DNA of 64,000 nt, taken from contig JAHITJ010000184.1 of NCBI GenBank assembly GCA_018817795.1, positions 8,423-72,422 on the forward strand, read 5' to 3'. How positions within the stretch are numbered: position 1 is the stretch's first letter; each line of letters starts with the position of its first letter. Below the pieces are notes generated by a model, which had not been told where the DNA came from, made no database searches, and saw nothing but the letters and a program-made list of their open reading frames with translations. This document shows positions 45,687 to 54,460 of the stretch, piece after piece. The stretch comes from Myxococcota bacterium (GTDB lineage Bacteria > Myxococcota_A > Polyangia > HGW-17). The position numbers and the translations under genes were made by a program.

Positions 45687-46999
45687 GAAATATTCTTCTT
45701 TTATCCTTAAGTGCCCTCTGGCTGGTCGCCGGCTGCGGCGGACCGTCCAAGAAAGGCAAGAAGGACGATTTTGTCCTGCCGCCCCAACTGGTCAAGGCGA
45801 TGACCGTTCAGACCGAGACCTATGTGCCGCTGATTCACGCGATGGGACAGGCGCTTCCGCTGCGTGAGGTCACGCTGTCGGTCGAGCAGCCGGGAAAATT
45901 GCAGTTCCTGCCCGCAGAGGTCGGCGAGACCGTGTTTGAGCGCAGGCCCCTGGCGCGGGTCCGCAGCCTGGGTCTGTGGTCCCGGAAGAACCAGGCCGCC
46001 GCGCAGGTCCAGGAGATCCAGAACTCTTTGACACAGGCCGAGAGCGACTACAAAAAGGTCAAGGAACTGTACGATCGCGGCGCGGTCACGAACCGGGATC
46101 TGGAGACCGCGGATCTGCTGTTCAAGACGCGCAAGACCCAGTTGACGGCGGCCAACGCAGGGATGTCCCAGCTCGACGAGACCCTCTACGGAACCGGCCT
46201 GTACGCTCCTTTCACGGGGGAGATCTCCGCGAAGTTCCAGGAGGTCGGAAACTACGTGAATATGGGTACGCCATTATACCGTATCGTGGATCTGACGACG
46301 ATCCGGATGATCGTGGGCATCTCCGAACTGGACATCAAGTTCATCTCCCAGAATGACACCGTATGGATCACGCCGCTGGCCTATCCGGACCGCGGCATCC
46401 GCGGGACGATCCACTCGATCAGCCCCGCCCAGGACCCCCAGTTGGGTGCGTTTCCTGTGGAGATCCGGTTTCCCAACGTGTTGAAGGTGCCGCTTCCGGA
46501 CATGAAGAACATGGAAAACGGCCACGCGCCGGTGCAGCGCAAGTGGTGGATCCTTTCGGGCATGACCCTGCGGGCCAAGATCTCGAAGAAGCCCGTCACC
46601 GGAGTTTTCGTCCCGGCCGAGGCGCTCGTCGAGCGGTTGGGAAAGATGTGGGTGTTCTCGGTGCCGGCCACGACCAACCACGAGACTGCCGGGCCCGCGG
46701 AGATGAAGGAAGTGACGCTGGGGCGCACCTATGAGGGCTGGTATGAGGTGACGTCCGGGCTGTCGCCGGGCACCCGGGTGGTGATCGCCGGCAACACCAA
46801 GTTGCGCGACAAGGCGAGCGTGCGAGTACAGATGGTCGAGACCGGGATCAACAAGGAGCTCGTGGACGCCCAGACGGCGGCCTCTCCGGATCAGGCGTCG
46901 GTGCCCACGCAGGATGCAACTCCTGCGACGGGGACGACTCCTGCGACGGGGCTGACTCCTGCGACGGGGACGCCACCCGTCAAGGAGCGAAAACCATGA
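45683..46999 (+). CDS. Efflux RND periplasmic adaptor (membrane fusion protein) lipoprotein
   Basis: Lipobox LWLVAGC. Coiled-coil hairpin region, a lipoyl-like motif (APFTGEISAKFQEVGNYVNMGTPLYRIVD) and beta-barrel segments. The C-terminus has three TPATG repeats. Confidence 0.85.
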   Translation: MRNILLLSLSALWLVAGCGGPSKKGKKDDFVLPPQLVKAMTVQTETYVPLIHAMGQALPLREVTLSVEQPGKLQFLPAEVGETVFERRPLARVRSLGLWSRKNQAAAQVQEIQNSLTQAESDYKKVKELYDRGAVTNRDLETADLLFKTRKTQLTAANAGMSQLDETLYGTGLYAPFTGEISAKFQEVGNYVNMGTPLYRIVDLTTIRMIVGISELDIKFISQNDTVWITPLAYPDRGIRGTIHSISPAQDPQLGAFPVEIRFPNVLKVPLPDMKNMENGHAPVQRKWWILSGMTLRAKISKKPVTGVFVPAEALVERLGKMWVFSVPATTNHETAGPAEMKEVTLGRTYEGWYEVTSGLSPGTRVVIAGNTKLRDKASVRVQMVETGINKELVDAQTAASPDQASVPTQDATPATGTTPATGLTPATGTPPVKERKP

Positions 47000-49900
47000 G
47001 CCTCTCCCAATTCTCCGTCCGTCAGCCGGTGCTTATGAACCTGCTGACCCTGTTCCTGGTCATCGCCGGATACCTGGCGGTGACCCGAATGCCCCGTGAG
47101 GTCTTTCCGGAGATCCCCCAGGGCACGATCAACATCACCGCGTTCTATCCGGGCGTCTCTCCGGCCGAGATGGAGAGCCTGGTCGGCATCAAGATAGAGC
47201 GGGAGATCAAGGACATCACCGGCATTGACGAGATCAATGTCGCCTCCTCCGAGGGCATGATCAACATCACCGTGACCACGGACGAGGGAATGCCCGAGGA
47301 CGAGGTCTCGCGTGTGGGCCTGGACATCCAGTCGGCCATCGGCCGCATCGCGGATCTGCCCGCGGACATGGTCAAGCCGGTCGTCAAGGTCGCCAAGATG
47401 GAGATCCCGGTGGTGTGGCTGGGCCTTCAGTCCGAGCTGCCCGAGATGACCACGCGCAGGATCGCCAAGGACATCCAGGACGAGCTCGAGCGCCTCCAGG
47501 GTGTCTCGAGCGCCGAGCCGTGGGGCGTGCGCAACCTCGAGCTGCGCGTGGAGGTGTCCCCCGAGAAACTGCACGCCTACAACCTGAACATCTCCCGGGT
47601 CATGGACGTGATCACAGCGCGGCAGTCGGACATCCCCGGCGGAACGGTGAAACTCGACCGCGGCGAATACCTGATCCGGGTGCTGGGCAAGGCGTCCGAT
47701 GCCAAGGCCATCCGAGAGGTGGTCCTGAAGACCACGGCGCTGGGCACCGTGCGGGTCAAGGACGTCGCCCGCGTGGAGGAGGTGCTCGAGGACGCGCAGA
47801 CGCTGGGTCGTGTGGGCGGCTTCCGCAGCATCTACATCCCGGTCAACCGCAAGAACGACGTGGACTCCATCCGCTTGTCCGACAAAATCAAGAATTACAT
47901 GAACACATGGAACGCCAATGCCCCAGACGGCATCTCCCTGGCGATCCTCTTCGACACATCCAAGTTCATCAAGCGTCGCCAGAACACGATGTACAGCAAC
48001 GGCCTCACCGGCTTCGTCCTGGTGCTGATCCTGTTGTTCGTGTTCCTGTCGTTCAAGGCCGCCGTGCTGACCGCGATCGGGATTCCGGTGGCTTTCATGG
48101 GCACCTTCGTGATCATGCAACTGATGGGGATCACGATGAACATGATGTCCATGTTCGGGTTGATCATCGCACTGGGCATGATCGTCGATGACGCCATCGT
48201 CGTCGTGGAGAACGTCTACCGTTACCTGATGCTGGGCATGACCCCGAAGGAGGCGGCGATCAAGGGCACCAACGAGGTGTTCTGGTCGGTCATCGGCGCG
48301 GTGTCCACAACGGTCGTGGCGTTCTCGACGCTGGCATTTCTGCCCGGAAACATGGGCAAGATCCTGTCCGTGGTGCCCATCGTCGTGGCCATCGCGCTGT
48401 CGATGTCGTTGTTCGAGGCGCTCTTTGTGCTTCCCTCCCATTGCGCGGAGGTCCTGCGGACCCCCAAGCATCTCAAGGGTGAGGGAACCGCCGAGGGGAT
48501 CACCGGTGAAGCCCGCTGGTTCATCGCCATGCGCGAGGGTTTCGCCTGGTTCCTGCGCAAGGTGACGCGGTACTGGTACGTCTCACTGATCCTCTTCATC
48601 GTCGGCTTCATGGCGACTCTGATCATCTCGGGCCGCGGGCTGGAGTTCAACCCGTTCCCGGCCAAGACGATCCGCCGCGCGAGCATCAACTTCGAGGCCG
48701 CCGTGGGCACCAAGATCGAGCACACGGAGAAGGTGGTCAAGGAGCTCGAAGAGGAGATCAAGAAGGCCACCATTGACGAGGTCGAGAGTTTCTGGTGCAT
48801 GGTCGGAACGACGTTCCGTGGCCATACCGCCAACATTGGCTCTCACACGGCGCAGTGCCAGATCAACTTCGCGCATGACGGGAACACGTCGCCACGCAAG
48901 CCCGAACTGATGCTCAACCTGTGGAGGCAGAAGCTGCTCAACATCCCGGACGTCGAACTGTTCAACGTGACGGTGGCCCGTGACGGGCCGCCGGCGGGTT
49001 CCCCCATTGAATTGCAGGTGCGCGGGCCCGACCAGGAGGGGATCGCCCTTCTGTCCAGGCAGATCCGCGAGTTCGCCGAGAAGATCCCGGGCGTGACTGA
49101 TGTGACCGACGACCTGATCTCCGGGAAGCGGGAACTGATCGTGAAGGTCAACCTCGAGCAGGCGGCCATGTATGGGCTCAATCCGGCGCTGGTGGGCCTG
49201 ATGATCCGGCGGTCGTTCGCCGGCGGTATCGCCTCCAAGATCCAGCGCGACGAGGACGACATCAACGTGGTGGTGAAGTTTCCGGAGAGCCGGCGCCAGA
49301 GCATCAACGAAATCCTGAACATGGAGATCACCTCCCCCCTGACGGGAAAGCCCATCCCCTTCTCGGCCGTGGCCACCCTGGAGAAGGGCGTCGGTCCTGG
49401 CCGCCTGCAGCGCGTGAACTTCAAGCGCACGGTCACGGTCTCTGGCGACATCGACCAGCGCAAGACCACCTCCGTGAAGGTCAACGCCGAGTTGCACAAG
49501 TTCACCAACAAACTGGCCTTGGAAAATCCGGACTACGAGTTCGTTTACGAGGGGGAGAGCAAGACCTCGGACGAACTGATGGACTTCGTGAAGATGGCAG
49601 CCTTGCTGAGCCTGCTGGGCATCTACATCATCCTGGCGACGATCTTCCAGAGCTTTCTGCAGCCGCTGATCGTGCTCATGGCAGTGCCGTTCGGCGCCGT
49701 GGGCGTGATCGTGGGCCTGAAGTTTCATAACCTGCCGATCTCGATGACGGCGCTGCTGGGGGTGGTCGCCCTGCTGGGCATTGTCGTCAACGACGCGATC
49801 GTGCTGGTGGACTTCATCAACAACGCCCGAAAGGAGGGCATGCCCCTGCGTGACGCGGTCGTGCAGGGCGGAAAACTGCGCCTGCGCCCGGTCATCCTGA

Positions 49901-50124
49901 CCACGGTGACGACGGTAGCCGGCCTTCTGCCGATGGGTCTGGGTGTCTTCGGCTCCGAGGAGTTCCTGCAACCGATGGCGTTGTCAATCGTGTGGGGACT
50001 CGCGTTCTCGACGATCCTCACACTGCTGCTGGTCCCGTGCATCTACATGCTGATCGACGCGATCCGTCGCGGTTTCTGGTGGATTGTCCGGCTGGTCATT
50101 CCCAAAAACGAGGTGAGTGCATGA
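46996..50124 (+). CDS. Efflux RND transporter permease (AcrB/HAE family)
   Basis: 1042 aa with a 12-TM layout and two large periplasmic loops. Conserved segments are LALGMIVDDAIVVVENV and LLGIVVNDAIVLVDF. ATGA overlap with the adaptor gene. Confidence 0.95.
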   Translation: MSLSQFSVRQPVLMNLLTLFLVIAGYLAVTRMPREVFPEIPQGTINITAFYPGVSPAEMESLVGIKIEREIKDITGIDEINVASSEGMINITVTTDEGMPEDEVSRVGLDIQSAIGRIADLPADMVKPVVKVAKMEIPVVWLGLQSELPEMTTRRIAKDIQDELERLQGVSSAEPWGVRNLELRVEVSPEKLHAYNLNISRVMDVITARQSDIPGGTVKLDRGEYLIRVLGKASDAKAIREVVLKTTALGTVRVKDVARVEEVLEDAQTLGRVGGFRSIYIPVNRKNDVDSIRLSDKIKNYMNTWNANAPDGISLAILFDTSKFIKRRQNTMYSNGLTGFVLVLILLFVFLSFKAAVLTAIGIPVAFMGTFVIMQLMGITMNMMSMFGLIIALGMIVDDAIVVVENVYRYLMLGMTPKEAAIKGTNEVFWSVIGAVSTTVVAFSTLAFLPGNMGKILSVVPIVVAIALSMSLFEALFVLPSHCAEVLRTPKHLKGEGTAEGITGEARWFIAMREGFAWFLRKVTRYWYVSLILFIVGFMATLIISGRGLEFNPFPAKTIRRASINFEAAVGTKIEHTEKVVKELEEEIKKATIDEVESFWCMVGTTFRGHTANIGSHTAQCQINFAHDGNTSPRKPELMLNLWRQKLLNIPDVELFNVTVARDGPPAGSPIELQVRGPDQEGIALLSRQIREFAEKIPGVTDVTDDLISGKRELIVKVNLEQAAMYGLNPALVGLMIRRSFAGGIASKIQRDEDDINVVVKFPESRRQSINEILNMEITSPLTGKPIPFSAVATLEKGVGPGRLQRVNFKRTVTVSGDIDQRKTTSVKVNAELHKFTNKLALENPDYEFVYEGESKTSDELMDFVKMAALLSLLGIYIILATIFQSFLQPLIVLMAVPFGAVGVIVGLKFHNLPISMTALLGVVALLGIVVNDAIVLVDFINNARKEGMPLRDAVVQGGKLRLRPVILTTVTTVAGLLPMGLGVFGSEEFLQPMALSIVWGLAFSTILTLLLVPCIYMLIDAIRRGFWWIVRLVIPKNEVSA

Positions 50125-51719
50125 TCTCCGCACTTCTTTTCTCCCTGCTGCTTGCTGCGACCCCGCCGCCCAAGGGGCCGCCGGTCCCCACTACGGTAAC
50201 ACCGCCGGAAAAGCCTCCGGTGGAGCTGCCGGCGCCCGCCGAGCCCCCCGCCGTCGTGCGACCGGCACCCGCTCAGGTTCCAGCCGAGGCCGAGCCGGTG
50301 AAGTCGATCTCCCTGCCGGAGATCCTGGCCCGGGCGATCTCCCACAACCGCGGCCTGAAGGAGGCCGGCCTGAAGATTCGCACCAGCCGAGCCACCGTGC
50401 AGGCTACGTCGGCGATGTTCGACACCCAGTTGTCGGCCAACCTCAACGTGGTGTCCCAGGAGGCCGAGTTCGTTCCCGGACAGTTCTTCTCGGTCACGAG
50501 CCTGAAGAAATACAGTTTTGACGCCCAGATCGCCCGGCTCCTGCCCACGGGCGGTTCGGTGGCGCTGCAGTTCTCGACCTCGCGCACGGACCAGACCATG
50601 ACGCTGGCCATGAGCGGCACCCCCACAGAAATGGAGAGCAAGACCTTCTCCAATGCGTTCACCTTTGTGTTCACCCATCCGCTGCTGGCCGGCTTCGGCC
50701 GGGACGTGACCACCACGGCCACGCAGAAGGCCCGCATCCAGCTTGATGCGGACCGTCTCTCCCGCGAGGCGAAGGCCCAGACCCTGGTGCGTGATCTGGT
50801 GATCTCGTACTGGAACCTCTGGATGGTCTGGCAGGAGCAGGACCTGCTGGCGGTCAGCCTGCAGGTGGCCAAAAGCCAGCTGGATCTGACCAAATCGCTG
50901 TTGATTGTCGGTCATGCCAAGCCCTCGGATCTGCTCGCCGTCCAGAACGCGGTGGCGCAGCGCGAAGGGGATCTGATGCTCTCGCGGATCCGTATCCTGC
51001 AGGCGTCACTGGCGATCAAGAGCCAGCTGAACCTGCCGCTGGAGGAGGAGCCGATGCTGCTTCGCCCGTCCGAGCAGAACCTCGCCTTCGTGGCCAAGTC
51101 CCTGCCCCCAGAGCTGGTGGCCACGGTGCTGAGGCGTTCTAAGGATCTGGCTGTGCTCGAAAAGCAACTCGAGGTCCTGCGTCAGGAGGAGAAGTTGGCG
51201 CGGCAGGGCCTGCTTCCCAAGCTCAACCTCACGCTCACCGCGGGACCCACCTCATCATCCAACGAGTACTCGTCCTCCTGGGAGAGCCTGGTGAAGTTCT
51301 CTGCCTTCACGATCACGGGCGGCCTGTCGTTCTCGTGGTCCGTCGAACGGACGCAGGCCAAGGCCAGTCTGGAGATCCTGGACGTCACCGCTCAGAACCT
51401 GCGCCTCCAGAAGGAGAACCTGTCCAACGGCCTGATCATGTCTGCGATGCTCTCCCGAGAAACCATGATGACCGCGCGCAAGCGCATCGAGATCGCGAAG
51501 CTGGCCGTGGAGTCCTCCGAGGCCCACCTCAAACTGGAGAATGATCTGTTCTCCCTGGGCCGCGGCACCAACCACTCGGTGCTCCTGCGCATGGCCGAGC
51601 TCGATGCCGCCCGGCTCGCCCAGATCAAGGCCGTCTACGACTACTGGACCGCGTGGGTCCAGATCCAGGCTCTCTCCGGCGACATCCTCAATGAATATCA
51701 ACTGAAGCTGGAGGACTAG
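50121..51719 (+). CDS. TolC-family outer membrane efflux protein
   Basis: I set the start at the ATGA overlap with the RND stop (MISALLFSLLLAA). Two-fold repeat of long helices and barrel strands (LPEILARAISHNRGLKEAGLKI...; ...AVYDYWTAWVQIQALSG). Confidence 0.85.
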   Translation: MISALLFSLLLAATPPPKGPPVPTTVTPPEKPPVELPAPAEPPAVVRPAPAQVPAEAEPVKSISLPEILARAISHNRGLKEAGLKIRTSRATVQATSAMFDTQLSANLNVVSQEAEFVPGQFFSVTSLKKYSFDAQIARLLPTGGSVALQFSTSRTDQTMTLAMSGTPTEMESKTFSNAFTFVFTHPLLAGFGRDVTTTATQKARIQLDADRLSREAKAQTLVRDLVISYWNLWMVWQEQDLLAVSLQVAKSQLDLTKSLLIVGHAKPSDLLAVQNAVAQREGDLMLSRIRILQASLAIKSQLNLPLEEEPMLLRPSEQNLAFVAKSLPPELVATVLRRSKDLAVLEKQLEVLRQEEKLARQGLLPKLNLTLTAGPTSSSNEYSSSWESLVKFSAFTITGGLSFSWSVERTQAKASLEILDVTAQNLRLQKENLSNGLIMSAMLSRETMMTARKRIEIAKLAVESSEAHLKLENDLFSLGRGTNHSVLLRMAELDAARLAQIKAVYDYWTAWVQIQALSGDILNEYQLKLED

Positions 51720-51761
51720 CTTTTTTGCGCACCTTCGGCGCGCGTGCTAGCTTCCTCCGGT

Positions 51762-52472
51762 ATGTTACGCGCTGAACAGATCTCCAAGTCGTTTGAAAAA
51801 GATGAACCCCTGCTCGAGCAGGTGAGCTTTGCCGCCAATCCCGGCCGGATCTGCGTGATCGCCGGGGAGACGGGCTCGGGCAAGACCACGATCCTGCGCA
51901 TGCTGCGCGGCGAGCTCGTCCCTGATGCCGGACGGGTGTGGATGGGCGGACAGGATCTCCGTCGCCTGTCGGCGCAGGGAAAGATGCAGTTGCTGCGCAA
52001 GGTCGCCATGGTCCACGAGACCGACCGCCTGCTCGACGACAAGACCGTGATCGAGAATGTGGCATTGCCTTTGCGGATCATGGGCATCCACGGCGCAAAG
52101 TTGACCGAGCGTGTGGAACAGGTGCTCGCGCGCTTCGGCCTGAGCCGGCTCGCCTACCGATTCGCCGGGACGCTGTCGGCCGGACAGGCACGACAGACCG
52201 CGTTCGCGCGGGCGGTGGTTGCCTGGCCCCAGGCGCTGCTGGCCGACGAGCCGTTCGCACACCTGGATCGTCCGTTCGCGCACAGACTGGTGCGCATCCT
52301 TCTGGAGCACGCCGCCGAGGACCAGATGTCGATCGTGATCGCGACCCATCATCTGGACTACCTGCCGGCTTCGGATCGCATTGACCATTGGCAGATCGTG
52401 CACACTCGGCTGATGCACGTGGAAGAGGCACATGAAAACGTGGGCGTATTATTTTCAACTAGCCATTCATGA
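51762..52472 (+). CDS. ftsE: Cell-division ABC transporter ATP-binding protein FtsE
   Basis: Walker A GETGSGKTT, signature LSAGQ, Walker B LLADEP and H-loop ATHH. Followed by ftsX. Confidence 0.85.
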   Translation: MLRAEQISKSFEKDEPLLEQVSFAANPGRICVIAGETGSGKTTILRMLRGELVPDAGRVWMGGQDLRRLSAQGKMQLLRKVAMVHETDRLLDDKTVIENVALPLRIMGIHGAKLTERVEQVLARFGLSRLAYRFAGTLSAGQARQTAFARAVVAWPQALLADEPFAHLDRPFAHRLVRILLEHAAEDQMSIVIATHHLDYLPASDRIDHWQIVHTRLMHVEEAHENVGVLFSTSHS

Positions 52473-53334
52473 ACTGAAGAGGCGGCCCCTGGCACATGTG
52501 TTCACCGTGTTCACGGTGGCGCTGGCGTTTTTGCTTGCGGGTCTGGTGATCTGGGTCGCCGAGAGCGTCAAGGTGGCTGAGCATGCGTGGTCCGCCGGCC
52601 AGCGCATGACCGTGGTGCTCGAGGCCGGGTTGGCCGAAGCCGACCGTGACCGTCTGGTGACCGAGATCTCCGGGTTTCCGGGGGTGCGCGAGGTCACGAA
52701 GGTGTCGCCCGAGCAGGCACGCTCCGAGTTGATCGCGGCGCTGGGGCCGGACTCGAACCTGATCGTTGACGTGGAGCCCGGCTTCTTTCCCGCGGTCCTC
52801 GACGTCGTGATCTCGGGCGACCCGCAGACCGTGCGCAGCTCGCAGCACCGGCTCCGCTCGATGGCCGGGGTGCACCGTGGCGTGGGGGATGTGCGCTCGA
52901 TGGACCGCTGGAACCTGCGCTTCGGCAACGTGTTCGAGATTGCGGCATTGATCGCGGCGCTGCTGTGCGGCGTGGTGCTGCTGGTGTCAGGCTGGGTGAT
53001 CATGAGCGCGGCCCGCTCCCGGGTGGAGACCCAGGTCGACGAACTGGTCGTGCTGAGGTCCCTGGGTGCATCTCCGGCCTTCATGCGCACTCCTTTGGTG
53101 CTGGTGAGTCTGTTTCATGGGTTCGTCGGCGGACTGCTCGCGCTGGGCCTGCTCGCGGGCGTGTTCTGGCTCGGCGCGCCGCTGCTAGAGGTCCTGCTGG
53201 GTCCGGGCGCCTCGGACTTCCGTTCGTTCGTGCTGTTCACGGCGCGCGGGGCCGGCATCGCGCTGGCGGCCACGGCGCTGACCGGCATGCTGGCGGCCCG
53301 TGTGGCCCTTCTCACCGTCCGGGTCCAGGGGTGA
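52432..53334 (+). CDS. ftsX: Cell-division permease-like protein FtsX
   Basis: 300 aa with TM1, a periplasmic domain and three C-terminal TMs (FtsX layout). GGAAGAGG RBS. Overlaps the ftsE 3' end by 41 nt. Confidence 0.85.
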   Translation: MKTWAYYFQLAIHELKRRPLAHVFTVFTVALAFLLAGLVIWVAESVKVAEHAWSAGQRMTVVLEAGLAEADRDRLVTEISGFPGVREVTKVSPEQARSELIAALGPDSNLIVDVEPGFFPAVLDVVISGDPQTVRSSQHRLRSMAGVHRGVGDVRSMDRWNLRFGNVFEIAALIAALLCGVVLLVSGWVIMSAARSRVETQVDELVVLRSLGASPAFMRTPLVLVSLFHGFVGGLLALGLLAGVFWLGAPLLEVLLGPGASDFRSFVLFTARGAGIALAATALTGMLAARVALLTVRVQG

Positions 53335-53336
53335 GC

Positions 53337-54437
53337 ATGACAGCCTGGTTCTGTTTCCTGTTGCTCCAATTCAGGTTTTCTCCCGCTGCGCCGCCCGAGA
53401 AAGTGGCCGCACCGCCACCGGTGTTGACGGATTCGTCCGTACAGTTGGATGCTCCATCCTCTGGCAGGGTTTCGAGTATCCTGGAGAAGCAGGCCCAGTT
53501 GTGGGAGGTCGTGGGTCGGAGCCGCGATCAGCAGCGGCGGTACACCGATTCGCAGACGGTGCTCCAGGAAGAGCGCCTGGAATGGATGGCACAGCGGGAT
53601 CGGCTGACCGTCACGATCTCGGCGACGAACCGCGCGATCCTGAAGAAGGACCGGCGGTTGCGGGAGCTCGTCGAGGCCGTCTACAAGCTCACGCATGCCA
53701 CCTTCGGCCAGGCCCATGTCCTTGCCGGACGTCGCAGCGTGCCCCGCGACGGCCGGATCGTGCTGCTGACCCTGCTGGAGCGCGAAATCCTCGAAAAGCG
53801 AAGTCTTCAGGCGGATCTGAAGCGGCTGCGCGATCGGCGTGCCTCCGTGGACGAGACCGTAAGCGAGCTTGAGTCACTCGAGGAGAATTTCCGGCTGCTG
53901 GCGCTGGAGGCCGAGAGCCTGATCAAGCGGAGCCTGTTCGAGATCGAGCCCCTCGAGCGTCGTCTCGAGGGCGTGAACAAATTGATGTTCGATGCGCAGG
54001 ACTGGAACCATTACAACCGCATCCGCTCAATCCGGAATTCGGTGAGGAACGAGAATGCGGGGACGGTGAAGCATCGCGGCATGTTGGTGCGTCCGGTGGC
54101 CGGTCCGGTGCTGCCTGGGTCGCCCATGGATCGTCCCGGTGTCTATCTCTCGGGCCAGCCCGGAGATTCCGTTCGCGCACCCGAGGCTGGCACCGTGCGC
54201 TTCGTCGGCGAGGTGGACGGGTTCGGCACCGTGATCGTCATCGAGCATGACTTTGGCGTGCACAGCATCGTCGGACGCATTGAGCTGCCCTCGGTGAAAG
54301 CTGGCGATATCGTCCGGCGCGCCCAGTTCATCGCGAAGGTGCCCGCATCGAGATCGTCCTCCCATCCCGTCTACGTCGAGCTGCGGTCCGGCCGCGAGGT
54401 CCTGGATCCGCACCTGTGGCTCAAGAATAACGAATAA
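53337..54437 (+). CDS. EnvC-like murein hydrolase activator (coiled coil plus degenerate M23/LytM domain)
   Basis: Starts 2 nt after the ftsX stop (MTAWFCFLLL). Long coiled coil. The C-terminal LytM fold has its metal ligands substituted: RPGVYLSG replaces H..GiD, VGRI replaces YgHl, and HPVYVE replaces HLHFE. Confidence 0.8.
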   Translation: MTAWFCFLLLQFRFSPAAPPEKVAAPPPVLTDSSVQLDAPSSGRVSSILEKQAQLWEVVGRSRDQQRRYTDSQTVLQEERLEWMAQRDRLTVTISATNRAILKKDRRLRELVEAVYKLTHATFGQAHVLAGRRSVPRDGRIVLLTLLEREILEKRSLQADLKRLRDRRASVDETVSELESLEENFRLLALEAESLIKRSLFEIEPLERRLEGVNKLMFDAQDWNHYNRIRSIRNSVRNENAGTVKHRGMLVRPVAGPVLPGSPMDRPGVYLSGQPGDSVRAPEAGTVRFVGEVDGFGTVIVIEHDFGVHSIVGRIELPSVKAGDIVRRAQFIAKVPASRSSSHPVYVELRSGREVLDPHLWLKNNE

Positions 54438-54460
54438 TTCCCGAAAGACAGGGGGTTGCC

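Noticed and set aside
46891-49971. 526-aa and 462-aa minus-strand ORFs inside the RND pump gene
   Set aside because: They are antisense to an unmistakable AcrB-type 12-TM protein. They are H/D/R/G/Q-rich with no TM or domain signatures.
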